Positions 1-10,058 are shown, counted from the stretch's first letter. The stretch: DNA of 64,000 nucleotides from Vicinamibacteria bacterium (GCA_963422395.1 OY729431.1:2048001-2112000); one strand, 5' to 3'. Program-made: numbers and translations. Notes: a model not told the origin generated them from the letters alone.

Positions 1-2
1 CC

Positions 3-308
3 CCGGAAGGAGTGATCGCTGCCGCTGCGCTTCGCTGTCTCGGCGGCGGCATGCTCGGAAAGCTCGTCGTACAAAAGGACAGCGAACGGGAGCGGCTGCG
101 CGAAACCGGCGTCCTGGATCCGGACCGGGTGCTCCGCGCCGAAGAGCTGGCTCCTGGGGAACAGCTGCTCTTCTGCGCCGCTGGAGTGACCGACGGAAGC
201 CTGGTCCGCGGCATCCGCTTCGGGCCTTCGGGCATCGAGACCAGCACCATGGTGCTCTCGAATTCCCCGCCCGAGGTTTGCCGAATCCATCGGCAGCGCC
301 CCGGCTGA
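3..308 (+). CDS. glpX: Class II fructose-1,6-bisphosphatase, C-terminal part (5' truncated by window edge)
   Basis: PEGVIAAAALRCLGG and FCAAGVTDGSLVRGIRF match GlpX C-terminal motifs. Confidence 0.88.
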   Translation, partial: PEGVIAAAALRCLGGGMLGKLVVQKDSERERLRETGVLDPDRVLRAEELAPGEQLLFCAAGVTDGSLVRGIRFGPSGIETSTMVLSNSPPEVCRIHRQRPG

Positions 309-411
309 TGTCCATGGCCCCGGCGTCCGGCGGATTCGATTGCAGGCATCCTATCTCCTCCATTACCCTCTCGCCGGAAGTTCCCCGAGACGGGAGCGAC
401 TGGCGCGTCAG

Positions 412-426
412 GTAGCAGCCCGTGGA
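412..426 (+). mobile_element. Terminal fragment of the MITE-like repeat (TAGCAGCCCGTGGAG)
   Basis: First 14 nt match the left end of the 62782 element at 13/14; contains the GTG start of the next ORF. Confidence 0.4.
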
Positions 427-838
427 GACGGAACCTTCTCTGCTCGAAGCGCTCACGGCCGCTTTCGTGGACGACGGGCCCGAGCGCACCTACTACTACG
501 ACCGCGACACCTCGCGCATGGTGAGCGTGGCCGAAGACCACGACGACCCTTCGAATCAGGAGATCGTCTGGCAGCTCGAGTCGGACACTCGGGATCGTTT
601 CGTGCCCGTGCCGAAACCGCGGCTCGAAGACACTCTCGAGGAACAGGACGCGTTCGTCGAATCGCTCCCCGCGGGAGCACTGCGGAATCGCCTCGAGGCT
701 CTCCTCGAAGAGGACCCGGACGGCAGCAAGCTGGCACAGCTGGTCACCCGCGATCGGGAGATTCGCCCGGTCTGGCGCAGATTCCGCGCCGGGCGGGCAC
801 GCGCCCAGGCCTCGGCGTTCCTCGCCCAACTCGGATGA
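422..838 (+). CDS. UPF0158 family protein
   Basis: Acidic 138 aa with YYYDRDT, RFVPVP, FVESL...LRNRL and W..FR pattern typical of UPF0158. Confidence 0.7.
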   Translation: METEPSLLEALTAAFVDDGPERTYYYDRDTSRMVSVAEDHDDPSNQEIVWQLESDTRDRFVPVPKPRLEDTLEEQDAFVESLPAGALRNRLEALLEEDPDGSKLAQLVTRDREIRPVWRRFRAGRARAQASAFLAQLG

Positions 839-863
839 CCCGGTTCTAGCAGTCTGCGCCGCA

Positions 864-879
864 TGGCATAGGGCTTGCT
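864..879 (+). promoter_or_regulatory. Sigma-54 (-24/-12) promoter
   Basis: TGGCAT-AGGGC-TTGCT fits TGGCAC-N5-TTGCW with correct spacing; GGGAG RBS and ATG 906 follow. Confidence 0.75.
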
Positions 880-905
880 TCGTTTCGGCTGAAGGGAGTC
901 CTCCA

Positions 906-3191
906 ATGCAGCACGCAGCGAGAACGAAGAACGGGAGCCACTGGCGGCAGAGCGCCGCATTCGTGGCGTTGGCGCTCGGCCTGCCGGCCGGCGCGGCGGC
1001 GCAGGGAGTCGAGCAGACCGCGCGCTCCTACGCCTACGGGAACCTCAGCCATGTCGAAGGCGATGTCTGGCATCAGCGCGCCGACGATTTCGGCGCTCAC
1101 GAGGCCGAGACGAACAGCCCGTTCCTGCCGGGCGACCGCATCTGGACGCGCGAACCGGGCCTGGTCGAGATCCGTCTCGCGGGACGGATCACGGCCTGGA
1201 TAGAAGAAGGAACGAAGCTCGACTATGTCGAGGGGGACAACCCGCATCGGTTCGGCTTCTGGACCGGCAGCCTCGTCGTGGCCGTGGACGGCGACTCCGA
1301 GATCGTGGTCGAAACCCCCGGCGGGACGCTGTCTCCGCAGGGCCGGGGCGAGTATCGGGCCGACCTGCTCAAGGACGGCCGCACGGTGCAGTTCGTCGTC
1401 CACGACGGGATCGCCACCGTGTCCACCGAATGGGGATCGGTGCTGGTCGGGGCCGGACAGCGCACCCTGGGCAGCGAAGGCACCGCTCCGGCGCCGGTGG
1501 AGGAATACCGAGGGCATGACGATTTCTCCGACGATTTCATGGCCTGGATCGAATCCCGGCAGGAATGGCGCGACCGCGCGGCACACACCCCCGCAGACGA
1601 CCTGCCTCAGGAAGTGCGCGAACATGCGCGCGACCTGCACGGGCACGGCCGCTGGCATCAGAATAGTCATCTCGGCTGGGTCTGGTATCCGACGGTTTCT
1701 GCTGGCTGGGCACCGTACCGGCTCGGGCGCTGGGCGCACACGCCGTTCGGCTATACCTGGATCTCGTACGACACTTGGGGCTGGGCGCCATTCCATTACG
1801 GGAGCTGGGGGCACGGCCCCTTCGGCTGGTACTGGATCCCGGGGTCCCTCTGGTCGCCGGGCTGGGTTTCCTGGTCCTATGGGCCGAGCTGGGTCGGCTG
1901 GGCACCGCTCGGCTACTACGGGCGGCCGGTGTACGACTTCTGGGGCTACGACGAGGACTACGCCTTGGGGAATCCCGGGCACGGGCTCCGTCGAGGACAG
2001 GTCCTCGGGAAGGCCGTCCGCCGCGGCTCTGCCATCAACCGGCAGGCCTGGAGCTTCACGGAACGGAGCGCGATCGGACGGCCCGCTTCCCGAAACCGGC
2101 TGGCCGCCTCCTCGCTGCGCAATGTCGAAGCGGCACGCGTGCTCTCCCGGGGAGCGACCCTCGACCGCAATCTGCAGCAACGCGCGGTGGGGTCCACCGG
2201 AATGATTCGTTCTGCCAAGGCAACCTCTCGCCGTCTCGCCAACTCACGGAACGCTGTGGCTGGGGGAGCGGCAGCGGCCGGACGAAGCACGACCCGCGCC
2301 CAGCGCGTGGCGGTGCCGTCGCGGGCTATCCGGGCCCGATCGAACCGGATGAACCGGACGAATCGCGAATCCGAAAGAGGCTCCACGGCCTTGGCAGAGA
2401 AAACGGTCCGCAGGGGGGCGGCCCAGAGTGGAACTGCCCAGAACCGCACGGGGCGCGCCGACGGAGGAGCCGGGGCCGCCGTGCGCCGGGGCGCTGTTCC
2501 CCGGCGACCGGGCGCCCGACCGGCAGCTCGATCGGAGCGGAGCCGGCCGCCGCGGCCGAGAGCGGCGGGATCGGGCACGCGACGGCCGTCTTCGGTGCGG
2601 CCCAGCAGCGGCTCCTCCCGCAGTCGGCCCAGCGGCAGCTCCTCCCGCAGCCGACCCAGCGGCAGCGCCTCCAGAAGCCGACCCAGCAGCGGCGCCTCCA
2701 GAAGCCGACCCAGCAGCGGCGCCTCCAGAAGCCGACCCAGCAGCGGCGCCTCCAGAAGCCGGCCCAGCAGCACCTCCAGAAGCCGGCCCAGCAGCACCTC
2801 CAGAAGCCGACCCAGCAGCGCCTCCAGAAGCCGGCCCAGCAGCACCTCCAGAAGCCGGCCCAGCAGCACCCCCAGAAGCCGACCCAGCAGCGCCCCCAGA
2901 AGCCGGCCCAGCAGCACCTCCAGAAGCCGGCCCAGCAGCACCTCCAGAAGCCGGCCCAGCAGCACCTCCAGAAGCCGGCCCAGCAGCACCCCCAGAAGCC
3001 GGCCCAGCAGCACCCCCGGAAGCCGGCCCAGCAGCACCCCCGGAAGCCGGCCCAGCAGCACCTCCAGAAGCCGGCCCAGCAGCACCCCCAGAAGCCGGTC
3101 CAGCAGCGGCAGCCGATCCAGTGCCGGGAGCCGCTCCAGCGGCAACTCTGGCAGTCGGTCCAGCAGCACCCGGCGCCGTCGTCCGAACTAG
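906..3191 (+). CDS. Secreted FecR-like/DUF6600 domain protein with Ser/Arg-rich repeat tail
   Basis: Signal peptide; FecR-like N-domain (NSPFLPGDRIWT); W/Y/G/P-rich GWAPYRLGRW...WGWAPFHYGSW block; low-complexity C-terminus. Confidence 0.75.
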   Translation: MQHAARTKNGSHWRQSAAFVALALGLPAGAAAQGVEQTARSYAYGNLSHVEGDVWHQRADDFGAHEAETNSPFLPGDRIWTREPGLVEIRLAGRITAWIEEGTKLDYVEGDNPHRFGFWTGSLVVAVDGDSEIVVETPGGTLSPQGRGEYRADLLKDGRTVQFVVHDGIATVSTEWGSVLVGAGQRTLGSEGTAPAPVEEYRGHDDFSDDFMAWIESRQEWRDRAAHTPADDLPQEVREHARDLHGHGRWHQNSHLGWVWYPTVSAGWAPYRLGRWAHTPFGYTWISYDTWGWAPFHYGSWGHGPFGWYWIPGSLWSPGWVSWSYGPSWVGWAPLGYYGRPVYDFWGYDEDYALGNPGHGLRRGQVLGKAVRRGSAINRQAWSFTERSAIGRPASRNRLAASSLRNVEAARVLSRGATLDRNLQQRAVGSTGMIRSAKATSRRLANSRNAVAGGAAAAGRSTTRAQRVAVPSRAIRARSNRMNRTNRESERGSTALAEKTVRRGAAQSGTAQNRTGRADGGAGAAVRRGAVPRRPGARPAARSERSRPPRPRAAGSGTRRPSSVRPSSGSSRSRPSGSSSRSRPSGSASRSRPSSGASRSRPSSGASRSRPSSGASRSRPSSTSRSRPSSTSRSRPSSASRSRPSSTSRSRPSSTPRSRPSSAPRSRPSSTSRSRPSSTSRSRPSSTSRSRPSSTPRSRPSSTPGSRPSSTPGSRPSSTSRSRPSSTPRSRSSSGSRSSAGSRSSGNSGSRSSSTRRRRPN
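2592..3110 (+). repeat. Coding tandem repeat: about 6 x 27-bp units, then about 14 x 24-bp units (RSRPSSGAS / RSRPSSTS)
   Basis: Repeated ccagaagccg(g/a)cccagcagc(a/g)c units without spacers. Confidence 0.95.
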
Positions 3192-3326
3192 CCGACTCCC
3201 CGCCGCCGGCCCAACCGGGCTGGCGGCTCTCGCCTGTACGCCGCAGGCGGAATCGGAGAACATCGGCTCCGGCTCGAAAACCCCAAGAAAATCCGGAGGA
3301 AAACTCCAGGCGAGCCCAACACGACA

Positions 3327-3342
3327 ACACAACATGTTGTGC
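3327..3342 (+). promoter_or_regulatory. NrdR box 1
   Basis: acaCAACATGTTGtgc fits acaCwAtATaTwGtgt; upstream of a ribonucleotide reductase. Confidence 0.85.
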
Positions 3343-3357
3343 CGGGCTCGTCTTACA

Positions 3358-3373
3358 GATCTATATGTTGTGC
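3358..3373 (+). promoter_or_regulatory. NrdR box 2
   Basis: gatCTATATGTTGtgc, starting 31 bp after box 1 (typical tandem spacing). Confidence 0.85.
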
Positions 3374-3397
3374 CGAAGCCTGCTGTCCTGTTACGAT
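3368..3397 (+). promoter_or_regulatory. Putative sigma-70 promoter of nrdJ
   Basis: TTGTGC -35 overlapping NrdR box 2; extended -10 TGnTACGAT. Confidence 0.5.
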
Positions 3398-3450
3398 TCT
3401 GGGCTTCAAGTGCGTCAGCATCCGGCCCCCGACATCCTCTCTCGTGGCAG

Positions 3451-3572
3451 TTGCCTTCCATGCACTTCGCGGGGTACGGGTCGCACCTGAGTGCAGAGGT
3501 GGAAAGCAGTCGGGAAGCGGGAAAAGCTGCATGACGCTTCAGGCGCCCACTGAGAGTGCAAGGACTCGGCAA
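3451..3572 (+). ncRNA. Candidate structured 5' leader RNA of nrdJ
   Basis: Nested complementary blocks TTGCC/GGCAA, TGCACT/AGTGCA, CCTGA/TCAGG, TGCAG/CTGCA around a purine-rich loop. Confidence 0.35.
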
Positions 3573-3663
3573 TACCCTCCACGCGGGTTCCCGATGCAGA
3601 AGGCCATGTTCGGAGAGCCTCCCTGAGGACAGATCCTGCGGGACTACTCAGAAACAAAAGAAA

Positions 3664-6450
3664 ATGACACCACTCATGATGCAAGTTGCCGTGGAACCGA
3701 AGGGTTTGAAAACCGGGACCGGATCCCCAAAGCAGAACGGGCACCCCCGGGGGCTCATATTCGCCCGCCGCTTCACGGAGCCCGGAGTTCCCCCTTGTGA
3801 CCAGGTGGACTGGGAGACCCGCGACGCGGAGATCACCGATGAGCACGGCGCCACGATCTTCGCCCAGCAGGGGGTGGATTTCCCGAAATCATGGTCCATC
3901 ACGGCCACCACCATCGTCGCGTCGAAGTACTTCCACGGATCCATCGAAAAAGGCGAGCGCGAGTCGAGCGTCCGGCAGCTGGTCGGACGCGTGGCGCGTC
4001 AGCTCACCGAATGGGGCATCGAGGACGGCTACTTCGCCGACCGAAACGCGGCAGACACCTTCCGCGACGAGCTCACCTTCCTGCTCGTCAACCAGCACGC
4101 GGCGTTCAACTCGCCGGTGTGGTTCAACTGCGGTATCGAAGCGCGCCCCCAATGCTCCGCCTGTTTCATCAACTCGGTCGAGGACACGATGGACTCCATC
4201 CTGACGCTCGCCAAGACCGAGGGGATGCTCTTCAAGTGGGGTTCGGGCACCGGGACGAACCTCTCCGGCATCCGCAGCTCGCGCGAAAAGCTGTCCGGCG
4301 GCGGCATGGCGTCCGGGCCCGTCTCCTTCATGAAGGGTTACGACTCCTTCGCCGGAGTGATCCGCAGCGGCGGAAAGACCCGCCGCGCCGCCAAGATGGT
4401 GATCCTGGATGTGGATCACCCTGACATCCTCGACTTCATCGACTGCAAGTCGCGCGAGGAACAGAAGGCCCGAACCCTCATCGAGGCCGGCTACGACAGT
4501 TCGCTGAACGGCGAGGCCTACGAGTCCATCCAGTATCAGAACGCGAACCACAGCGTCCGGGTCACCGACGATTTCATGCGTGCGGTGGAGAACGACGGTG
4601 AGTGGAGCACCCGGGCGGTGACCACCGGAGAAACGATGGACACGCTCCGCGCCCGGGACATCTTCCGCCGGATCGCGGAGTCGGCCCATCGCTGCGGCGA
4701 TCCGGGCATGCAGTTCGACGACACCATCAATCGCTGGCACACCTCGAAGAACACCGCCCGGATCAACGCCTCGAACCCGTGTTCCGAGTACATGTATCTC
4801 GACGACAGCGCCTGCAACCTGGCGTCGCTGAACCTGATGAAATTCCTCGACGAGGAAGGGGAATTCGACACCTCCGCCTTCGAGCACGCCGTGGATGTGG
4901 TGCTGACCGGCATGGAGATCATCGTCGGGAACGCCAGCTACCCCACCACCAGGATCGAACGCAACTCGCACGACTTCCGCCCCCTCGGGCTCGGCTTCGC
5001 CAATCTCGGGGCGCTGCTGATGCGGCGCGGCGTCCCCTACGACAGCGACCAGGGGCGCGCCATCGCCGGCTCGATCACCTCGCTGATGACGGGACGCGCC
5101 TACGCCCAGTCGGCGCGCATCGCCGAGACCGCCGGCCCGTTCCAGGGCTATGCCGAGAACGAGCGCCCGTTTCTCGAGGTGATGCGGATGCATCAGGAGG
5201 CCGCCGCCCGCATCGCTCCCGCAGGTGTTCCGGCTCCTCTCCACGACCGCAGCCGCGGGGTGTGGGCCGAAGCGCTCGCCCTCGGCCAGCAGCACGGCTT
5301 CCGCAACGGCCAGGTCTCGGCCCTCGCCCCCACCGGAACCATCGGCCTGATGATGGATTGCGACACCACCGGAGTGGAACCCGATCTGTCGCTGATCAAG
5401 CACAAGAAGCTGACCGGCGGCGGGGTCCTCCGGATCGTCAACCAGACCGTGGGCGCCGCCCTCCGCCGTCTCGGCTACGACGAGGCGGCGGTGCAGCGGA
5501 TCCAGGACTTCGTGGACGAACACGGCCGCATCGAAGGAGCGCCCGGCCTCCGGGACGAGCACCTCGCCGTGTTCGACTGCGCTCTAGAACCGCAGGGCGG
5601 AGGCCGCTCGATCCACTACATGGGTCATGTGAAGATGATGCAGACGGTGCAGCCCTTCCTTTCGGGAGCCATCTCCAAGACCGTGAACCTGCCCGAGGAG
5701 AGCACCGTCGAAGACTTCGAGAAGACCTATACCGCCGCCTGGAAACTGGGTCTCAAAGCAGTGGCCATCTATCGGGACGGAAGCAAGCTCGCCCAACCCC
5801 TGAACCGCGGCGGGCACGCCAGAGTGGAACCCTCGGCGGAGAAGGAGCACCTTCCCGCCGAGCGCGACGCGATCATCCACAAGTTCGAAATCGCCGGACA
5901 CAAGGGCTACCTCACGGTCGGCCTCCGCCCGGACGGATCGCCGTGCGAAATCTTCCTCCGAATGGCCAAGGAGGGCTCGTTCGTTTCCGGTTTGATGGAC
6001 GCCTTCGCCCGAGCGGTCTCCTACAACTTGCAGTACGGAGTGCCGCTCGAGGTCCTGGTGGACAAGTTCTCCCACACCCGTTTCGAACCCTCGGGTTTCA
6101 CCGGGAATCCGAACATCCCTCACGCGGACTCGATCACCGATTACATCTTCCGCTGGCTGAGCCACCGCTTTCTCGGAAAATCCGGCGAGGGGAGCTCTTC
6201 CGCCGAAGCAGGAGCCCCTTCCGACGGAGGCGAAGCTCCCATTTCGCCGCGCTTCCCGCCTGCCTCCGGCGGTGCTGCGAACGGCCTCGCCCCAACGCAG
6301 CCCTTCGGGCCTCGCCGACTTCGGGCGGTGCTGAAACCGCCCCAGGTCTTCGCCGGCGGACCGCCCTGCTCCACTTGCGGAGCACTGATGGTCCCGAGCG
6401 GCACCTGTTTCAAGTGCCTCAACTGCGGCACTACCTCGGGCTGCTCCTGA
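3664..6450 (+). CDS. nrdJ: Vitamin B12-dependent (class II) ribonucleotide reductase
   Basis: FNSPVWFN, QCSACFI, GGKTRRAAKM, NPCSE, APTGTI, C-terminal CxxC...CxxC; start could instead be 3676 or 3679. Confidence 0.95.
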   Translation: MTPLMMQVAVEPKGLKTGTGSPKQNGHPRGLIFARRFTEPGVPPCDQVDWETRDAEITDEHGATIFAQQGVDFPKSWSITATTIVASKYFHGSIEKGERESSVRQLVGRVARQLTEWGIEDGYFADRNAADTFRDELTFLLVNQHAAFNSPVWFNCGIEARPQCSACFINSVEDTMDSILTLAKTEGMLFKWGSGTGTNLSGIRSSREKLSGGGMASGPVSFMKGYDSFAGVIRSGGKTRRAAKMVILDVDHPDILDFIDCKSREEQKARTLIEAGYDSSLNGEAYESIQYQNANHSVRVTDDFMRAVENDGEWSTRAVTTGETMDTLRARDIFRRIAESAHRCGDPGMQFDDTINRWHTSKNTARINASNPCSEYMYLDDSACNLASLNLMKFLDEEGEFDTSAFEHAVDVVLTGMEIIVGNASYPTTRIERNSHDFRPLGLGFANLGALLMRRGVPYDSDQGRAIAGSITSLMTGRAYAQSARIAETAGPFQGYAENERPFLEVMRMHQEAAARIAPAGVPAPLHDRSRGVWAEALALGQQHGFRNGQVSALAPTGTIGLMMDCDTTGVEPDLSLIKHKKLTGGGVLRIVNQTVGAALRRLGYDEAAVQRIQDFVDEHGRIEGAPGLRDEHLAVFDCALEPQGGGRSIHYMGHVKMMQTVQPFLSGAISKTVNLPEESTVEDFEKTYTAAWKLGLKAVAIYRDGSKLAQPLNRGGHARVEPSAEKEHLPAERDAIIHKFEIAGHKGYLTVGLRPDGSPCEIFLRMAKEGSFVSGLMDAFARAVSYNLQYGVPLEVLVDKFSHTRFEPSGFTGNPNIPHADSITDYIFRWLSHRFLGKSGEGSSSAEAGAPSDGGEAPISPRFPPASGGAANGLAPTQPFGPRRLRAVLKPPQVFAGGPPCSTCGALMVPSGTCFKCLNCGTTSGCS

Positions 6451-6460
6451 GCAGGGCGCG

Positions 6461-7770
6461 CTACCCCGATTCCGCCAGAGTCCCCACGGCGAGGCCGGGA
6501 GGCTCTTCGGCCACCGAGGTGATCCGGACGGGTCGGATTCGGTTCTCGAGCGGTTCGGCGGAAACCACTCCCACCCGCAAGTAGGAATCGGTCAGGCCGG
6601 TCCACCGTCCGCAGCGGTCCTGCTGCTCGAACAGCACCTCGACCGTCCGTCCGAGATGGCGGCGGGCGAATTCCGCGCGCCGTCCATCCGAGAGCGCTCG
6701 CAGCGTCCGGCTGCGCTCGGCGATCACTTCGGGGGCGAGATGCGCGGAAAGGCTGGCCGCCCGGGTTCCGGCCCGGGACGAGTAGCTGAACACATGGTAG
6801 TACGCGAAGGGCATGGCTTCGAGGACGGCGCAGGTGCGCCGGAAGGCGTCCTCGGTCTCCCCCGGAAAGCCGACGATCACATCGGTTCCGAGTCCCAGGT
6901 CCGGAACCCGGGCAACCGTCCGATCCACGAACTCCCGGTATTCACGCGCGGTGTAGCGCCTTCCCATCCGTTCGAGGACCGCGTCGTCGCCGCTCTGGAT
7001 CGGAAGATGCAGATAGCGGCACAGCCCTCCTTCTCCGCCGCCGCCCATCCGCTCGACCAGCCGCTCCTCGACCGTGGTGGGTTCGATCGAGGTGATCCGG
7101 ATCCGCCGCACACCGGGAATACCTTCGAGAGCGAGTACGGCATCGGCCAGCGTGCGGCCGCCGCTCTGATACCGCCCGATGTTGACTCCGGTGAGCACGA
7201 GTTCCCGATAGCCGGCGTCCGCGAGCTCGCGCGCCTCTCGCAAGAGATCGTCGAAACGCCGGCTCCGCTCCCGGCCCCGCGTGTAGGGAATGATGCAGAA
7301 CGAACAGAAGAAATCGCAGCCGTCCTGGACCTTCAGGTTCGCGCGCGTCGCGTCGTAACGACCGGTCGCGGGAACCTCGAACTCGATCCTAGAAATCCGG
7401 GCCGAGTGCAGGACCACGGGCTCGGGCAGCTTGCGGGGGCGGTCGAGATAGTCGGGGAAGGTGTCCTTGAACTCCGTTCCACGATCATGTCCACCCCGGG
7501 GATCTCCGAAAGCGCATCCAGCCCCGACTGGGCGTAGCAGCCGGCTACCACCACGAACGCCTCCGGCGAATGGCGAAGCGCCCGTCGGACCGTGTTCCGG
7601 CAGTGCGCCTCGGCGCGGTGGGTCACCGAGCAGGTGTTGATGACCGCGACATCGGTCGGCTGCCCCCAGTCTACGATCGTGTAGCCTTTGCCGGCGAACT
7701 GGCCCGCCCAGTTCGCCGACTCCGTGTGGTTGAGGCGACAGCCCAACGAGGTGAACGATGCCCGTGGCAC
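6461..7770 (-). pseudogene. mtaB: tRNA t6A37 methylthiotransferase MtaB with a one-base frameshift near 7480 (probably an assembly error)
   Basis: N-terminal LGCRLN/NTCSVT/GCYAQ in one frame; QDGCDFFCSFC radical-SAM motif and TRAM-like end in another; adding one G restores IVGTEFKD. Confidence 0.8.
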
Positions 7771-7884
7771 GCGCGGGAGTTTAATCAGCCGCCGGGCGGC
7801 GGGAACTGAGCGAAACCGCGCGGAGCCCTCGAAAGTTCTGGAGCTCGCTCCATCGCAGCCGCCGGCTGCGGCACGGTAGCCGTC

Positions 7885-9672
7885 ATGGGGACTCTCGGTC
7901 TCGCCGCGGTGGCGCTGGTCCCGATCGCCGTCGTGGCGCTGTTCCTGGTGGGGCTGCGCTGGCCGGCGTCGCGGGCCATGCCCCTCAGCTGGGTCGCCGC
8001 TGCCGCTCTCGCCTGGGCGGTATGGGGCGTCTCCGCCACCCGGATCGCCGCGGCCTCGATCAACGGCCTGGTCGTCGCCGCGACCCTGCTCTACATCATC
8101 TTCGGAGCCCTGCTCCTCCTGCACACCCTGCAAGAGAGCGGAGCGATCGCGGTGATCCGCCGGGGCTTCGTCGGTATCACTCCCGACCGCCGCATCCAGG
8201 TGATCCTGATCGCCTGGCTCTTCGGCTCCTTCATCGAAGGGTCCGCCGGGTTCGGGACCCCGGCGGCGGTCACCGTTCCGCTCCTGGTGGGCCTCGGGTT
8301 CCCGCCGCTTTCGGCGGTGGTCGCCGGGATGCTCATCCAGAGCACCCCGGTTTCTTTCGGCGCCGCCGGCACCCCGATCCTGGTCGGGGTCTCGACCGGA
8401 CTCTCGGGTTCTCCCGAGGTCGCCGCCTACGCGGCCTCCCTCGGCTTCACCGAATGGACCGAGTTCCTGGCTTTCCTCGGATTTCGGGTCGCGATCCTGC
8501 ACACCGCCGCAGGGACCCTCGTCCCCCTCCTGGTGGTGGCCACCATGACCCGTTTCTTCGGGGCACGGCGCAGCTTCGCCGAAGGCCTCGCGGTCTGGCG
8601 GTTCGCCCTCTTCGCAGCCGTCGCGATGACGGCTCCCTACCTGCTGACCGCGTGGCTCCTCGGCCCCGAGTTCCCGGCACTGATCGGCGGGATCGCCGGT
8701 CTCGGCATCGTGGTCTTCGCCGCCCGCCGGGGCCTCTTCGTTCCCCCCGCGGACCAGCGATTCGATTTCCCGCCGCGCTCCGGCTGGGAGCCGGACTGGG
8801 CTGCGGACCGGGCGGGCGGACTCTCCGAAGCGGAGGCTCCGCGCCGGATCCCGACGGTCTCCGCGTGGGCCCCCTATGCGGTGGTCGGCGGGCTGCTGGT
8901 CCTCACTCGGCTCCCTTCCCTACCGTTCAAGGATGCGCTGGCCGGATTCGTGATCCGCTGGCCCGACATCCTCGGAAGCGGCATCACCGCGAGCGCCGCG
9001 CCGTTCTTCCTGCCCGGCACGGTCTTCATCGCTGCCTCGCTGTTCGCCGCAGTGCTCCACCGGATGGGCCGCGGACAGATCCAGCGCGCCTTCTCCTCGT
9101 CGCTCCGCAGCACCAGCCTCGCCTCGGTAGCGCTGGTCTTCACCGTACCCATGGTGCAGGTGTTCCTGAACACGGGCGCGGGAGGCGCCGGGCTCCCTTC
9201 GATGCCGATCGCCCTCGCTGAGGGTGCGGCGCAGCTCGCCGGCTCGGCGTGGCCGTTCTTCGCCCCCTTCATCGGCGGTCTCGGAGCGTTCGTCGCCGGC
9301 AGCAACACGGTGAGCAACATGATGTTCTCGCTGTTCCAGTTCGGCGTCGGCGAGCGGCTCAGCGTGGACCCCGGCTGGATCGTGGCGCTCCAAGCAGTCG
9401 GCGGAGCCGCGGGCAACATGATCTGCGTCCACAATGTGGTCGCTGCCTCCGCGGTGGTCGGACTGATCGGCAGGGAGGGCGCGGTGATTCGGCGCACCCT
9501 GGTTCCCTTCGTTTATTACGCGCTGCTCCCGGGCGCGCTGGGCTATGCGATCCTGTGGTCCGGAACCCTCGGCCCGGTGAATGCGGGGACCCTCGCCGCC
9601 GCCGCGATCGCCGCCCTCGCCACCCTCTGGATCCTCCGCGGCAGCCGGAAGGCGGCTCGGCGAACGGCTTAG
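7885..9672 (+). CDS. lctP: L-lactate permease
   Basis: Polytopic; [45 protein letters not shown] motifs. Confidence 0.9.
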   Translation: MGTLGLAAVALVPIAVVALFLVGLRWPASRAMPLSWVAAAALAWAVWGVSATRIAAASINGLVVAATLLYIIFGALLLLHTLQESGAIAVIRRGFVGITPDRRIQVILIAWLFGSFIEGSAGFGTPAAVTVPLLVGLGFPPLSAVVAGMLIQSTPVSFGAAGTPILVGVSTGLSGSPEVAAYAASLGFTEWTEFLAFLGFRVAILHTAAGTLVPLLVVATMTRFFGARRSFAEGLAVWRFALFAAVAMTAPYLLTAWLLGPEFPALIGGIAGLGIVVFAARRGLFVPPADQRFDFPPRSGWEPDWAADRAGGLSEAEAPRRIPTVSAWAPYAVVGGLLVLTRLPSLPFKDALAGFVIRWPDILGSGITASAAPFFLPGTVFIAASLFAAVLHRMGRGQIQRAFSSSLRSTSLASVALVFTVPMVQVFLNTGAGGAGLPSMPIALAEGAAQLAGSAWPFFAPFIGGLGAFVAGSNTVSNMMFSLFQFGVGERLSVDPGWIVALQAVGGAAGNMICVHNVVAASAVVGLIGREGAVIRRTLVPFVYYALLPGALGYAILWSGTLGPVNAGTLAAAAIAALATLWILRGSRKAARRTA

Positions 9673-9682
9673 AATCCGTCTC

Positions 9683-9985
9683 GTGAACCCGGAGCTGATC
9701 GCTATCCTCGGTGTCGGAGTCAGCCTCGCCGCGATCGTCGTCAGCGGCCAACGCTCCCTGCGCACCGAGCTTCGCAGCGGACTCGCCGAAGCCTCCGCCG
9801 AACGGCGTGCGATCCGCACCGAGCTTCGCAGCGGACTCGCCGAAGCCTCCGCCGAACGGCGCGCGATCCGCACCGACCTCCACGCGCTCGCCGAGCGGGT
9901 GGCCCGCCTCGAAGGGGCCTTCCCGTTCCTCGCCGCCCGACTCCCGGCGCCCGCGGCGCAGCCGGACGGCGACCTGACCGCATAG
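9683..9985 (+). CDS. Small protein: N-terminal TM anchor plus coiled coil
   Basis: VNPELIAILGVGVSLAAIVV, heptad-rich repeat, ERVARLEG end. Confidence 0.65.
   Translation: MNPELIAILGVGVSLAAIVVSGQRSLRTELRSGLAEASAERRAIRTELRSGLAEASAERRAIRTDLHALAERVARLEGAFPFLAARLPAPAAQPDGDLTA
9761..9876 (+). repeat. 54-bp direct tandem duplication (RTELRSGLAEASAERRAI x2)
   Basis: Two near-identical 54-nt units plus a partial third. Confidence 0.9.
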
Positions 9986-10058
9986 GCAGACTGCATAGCG
10001 CCTCTCGCCGCCGGCTGACATCGATCCGCCCGAGGAGGGCGAAATCAAGGGCGAAAAG

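Noticed and set aside
846-856. ctagcagtctg as another MITE end
   Set aside because: Only about 10 nt of similarity, too short to separate from chance
2592-3110. Regular 24-27-bp repeats as a CRISPR array
   Set aside because: No unique spacers, units are in-frame codons within a gene, and there are no cas genes
1775-3572. Overlapping ORFs with poly-QKPAQQH, PEAGPAA or CCWAGFW repeats
   Set aside because: Alternative frames of the stop-free tandem repeat; only the 906-3191 frame has a promoter, RBS and domain
3480-3625. Canonical cobalamin riboswitch
   Set aside because: Only scattered words match and the conserved core and B12 box cannot be laid out; kept only as an unassigned structured leader
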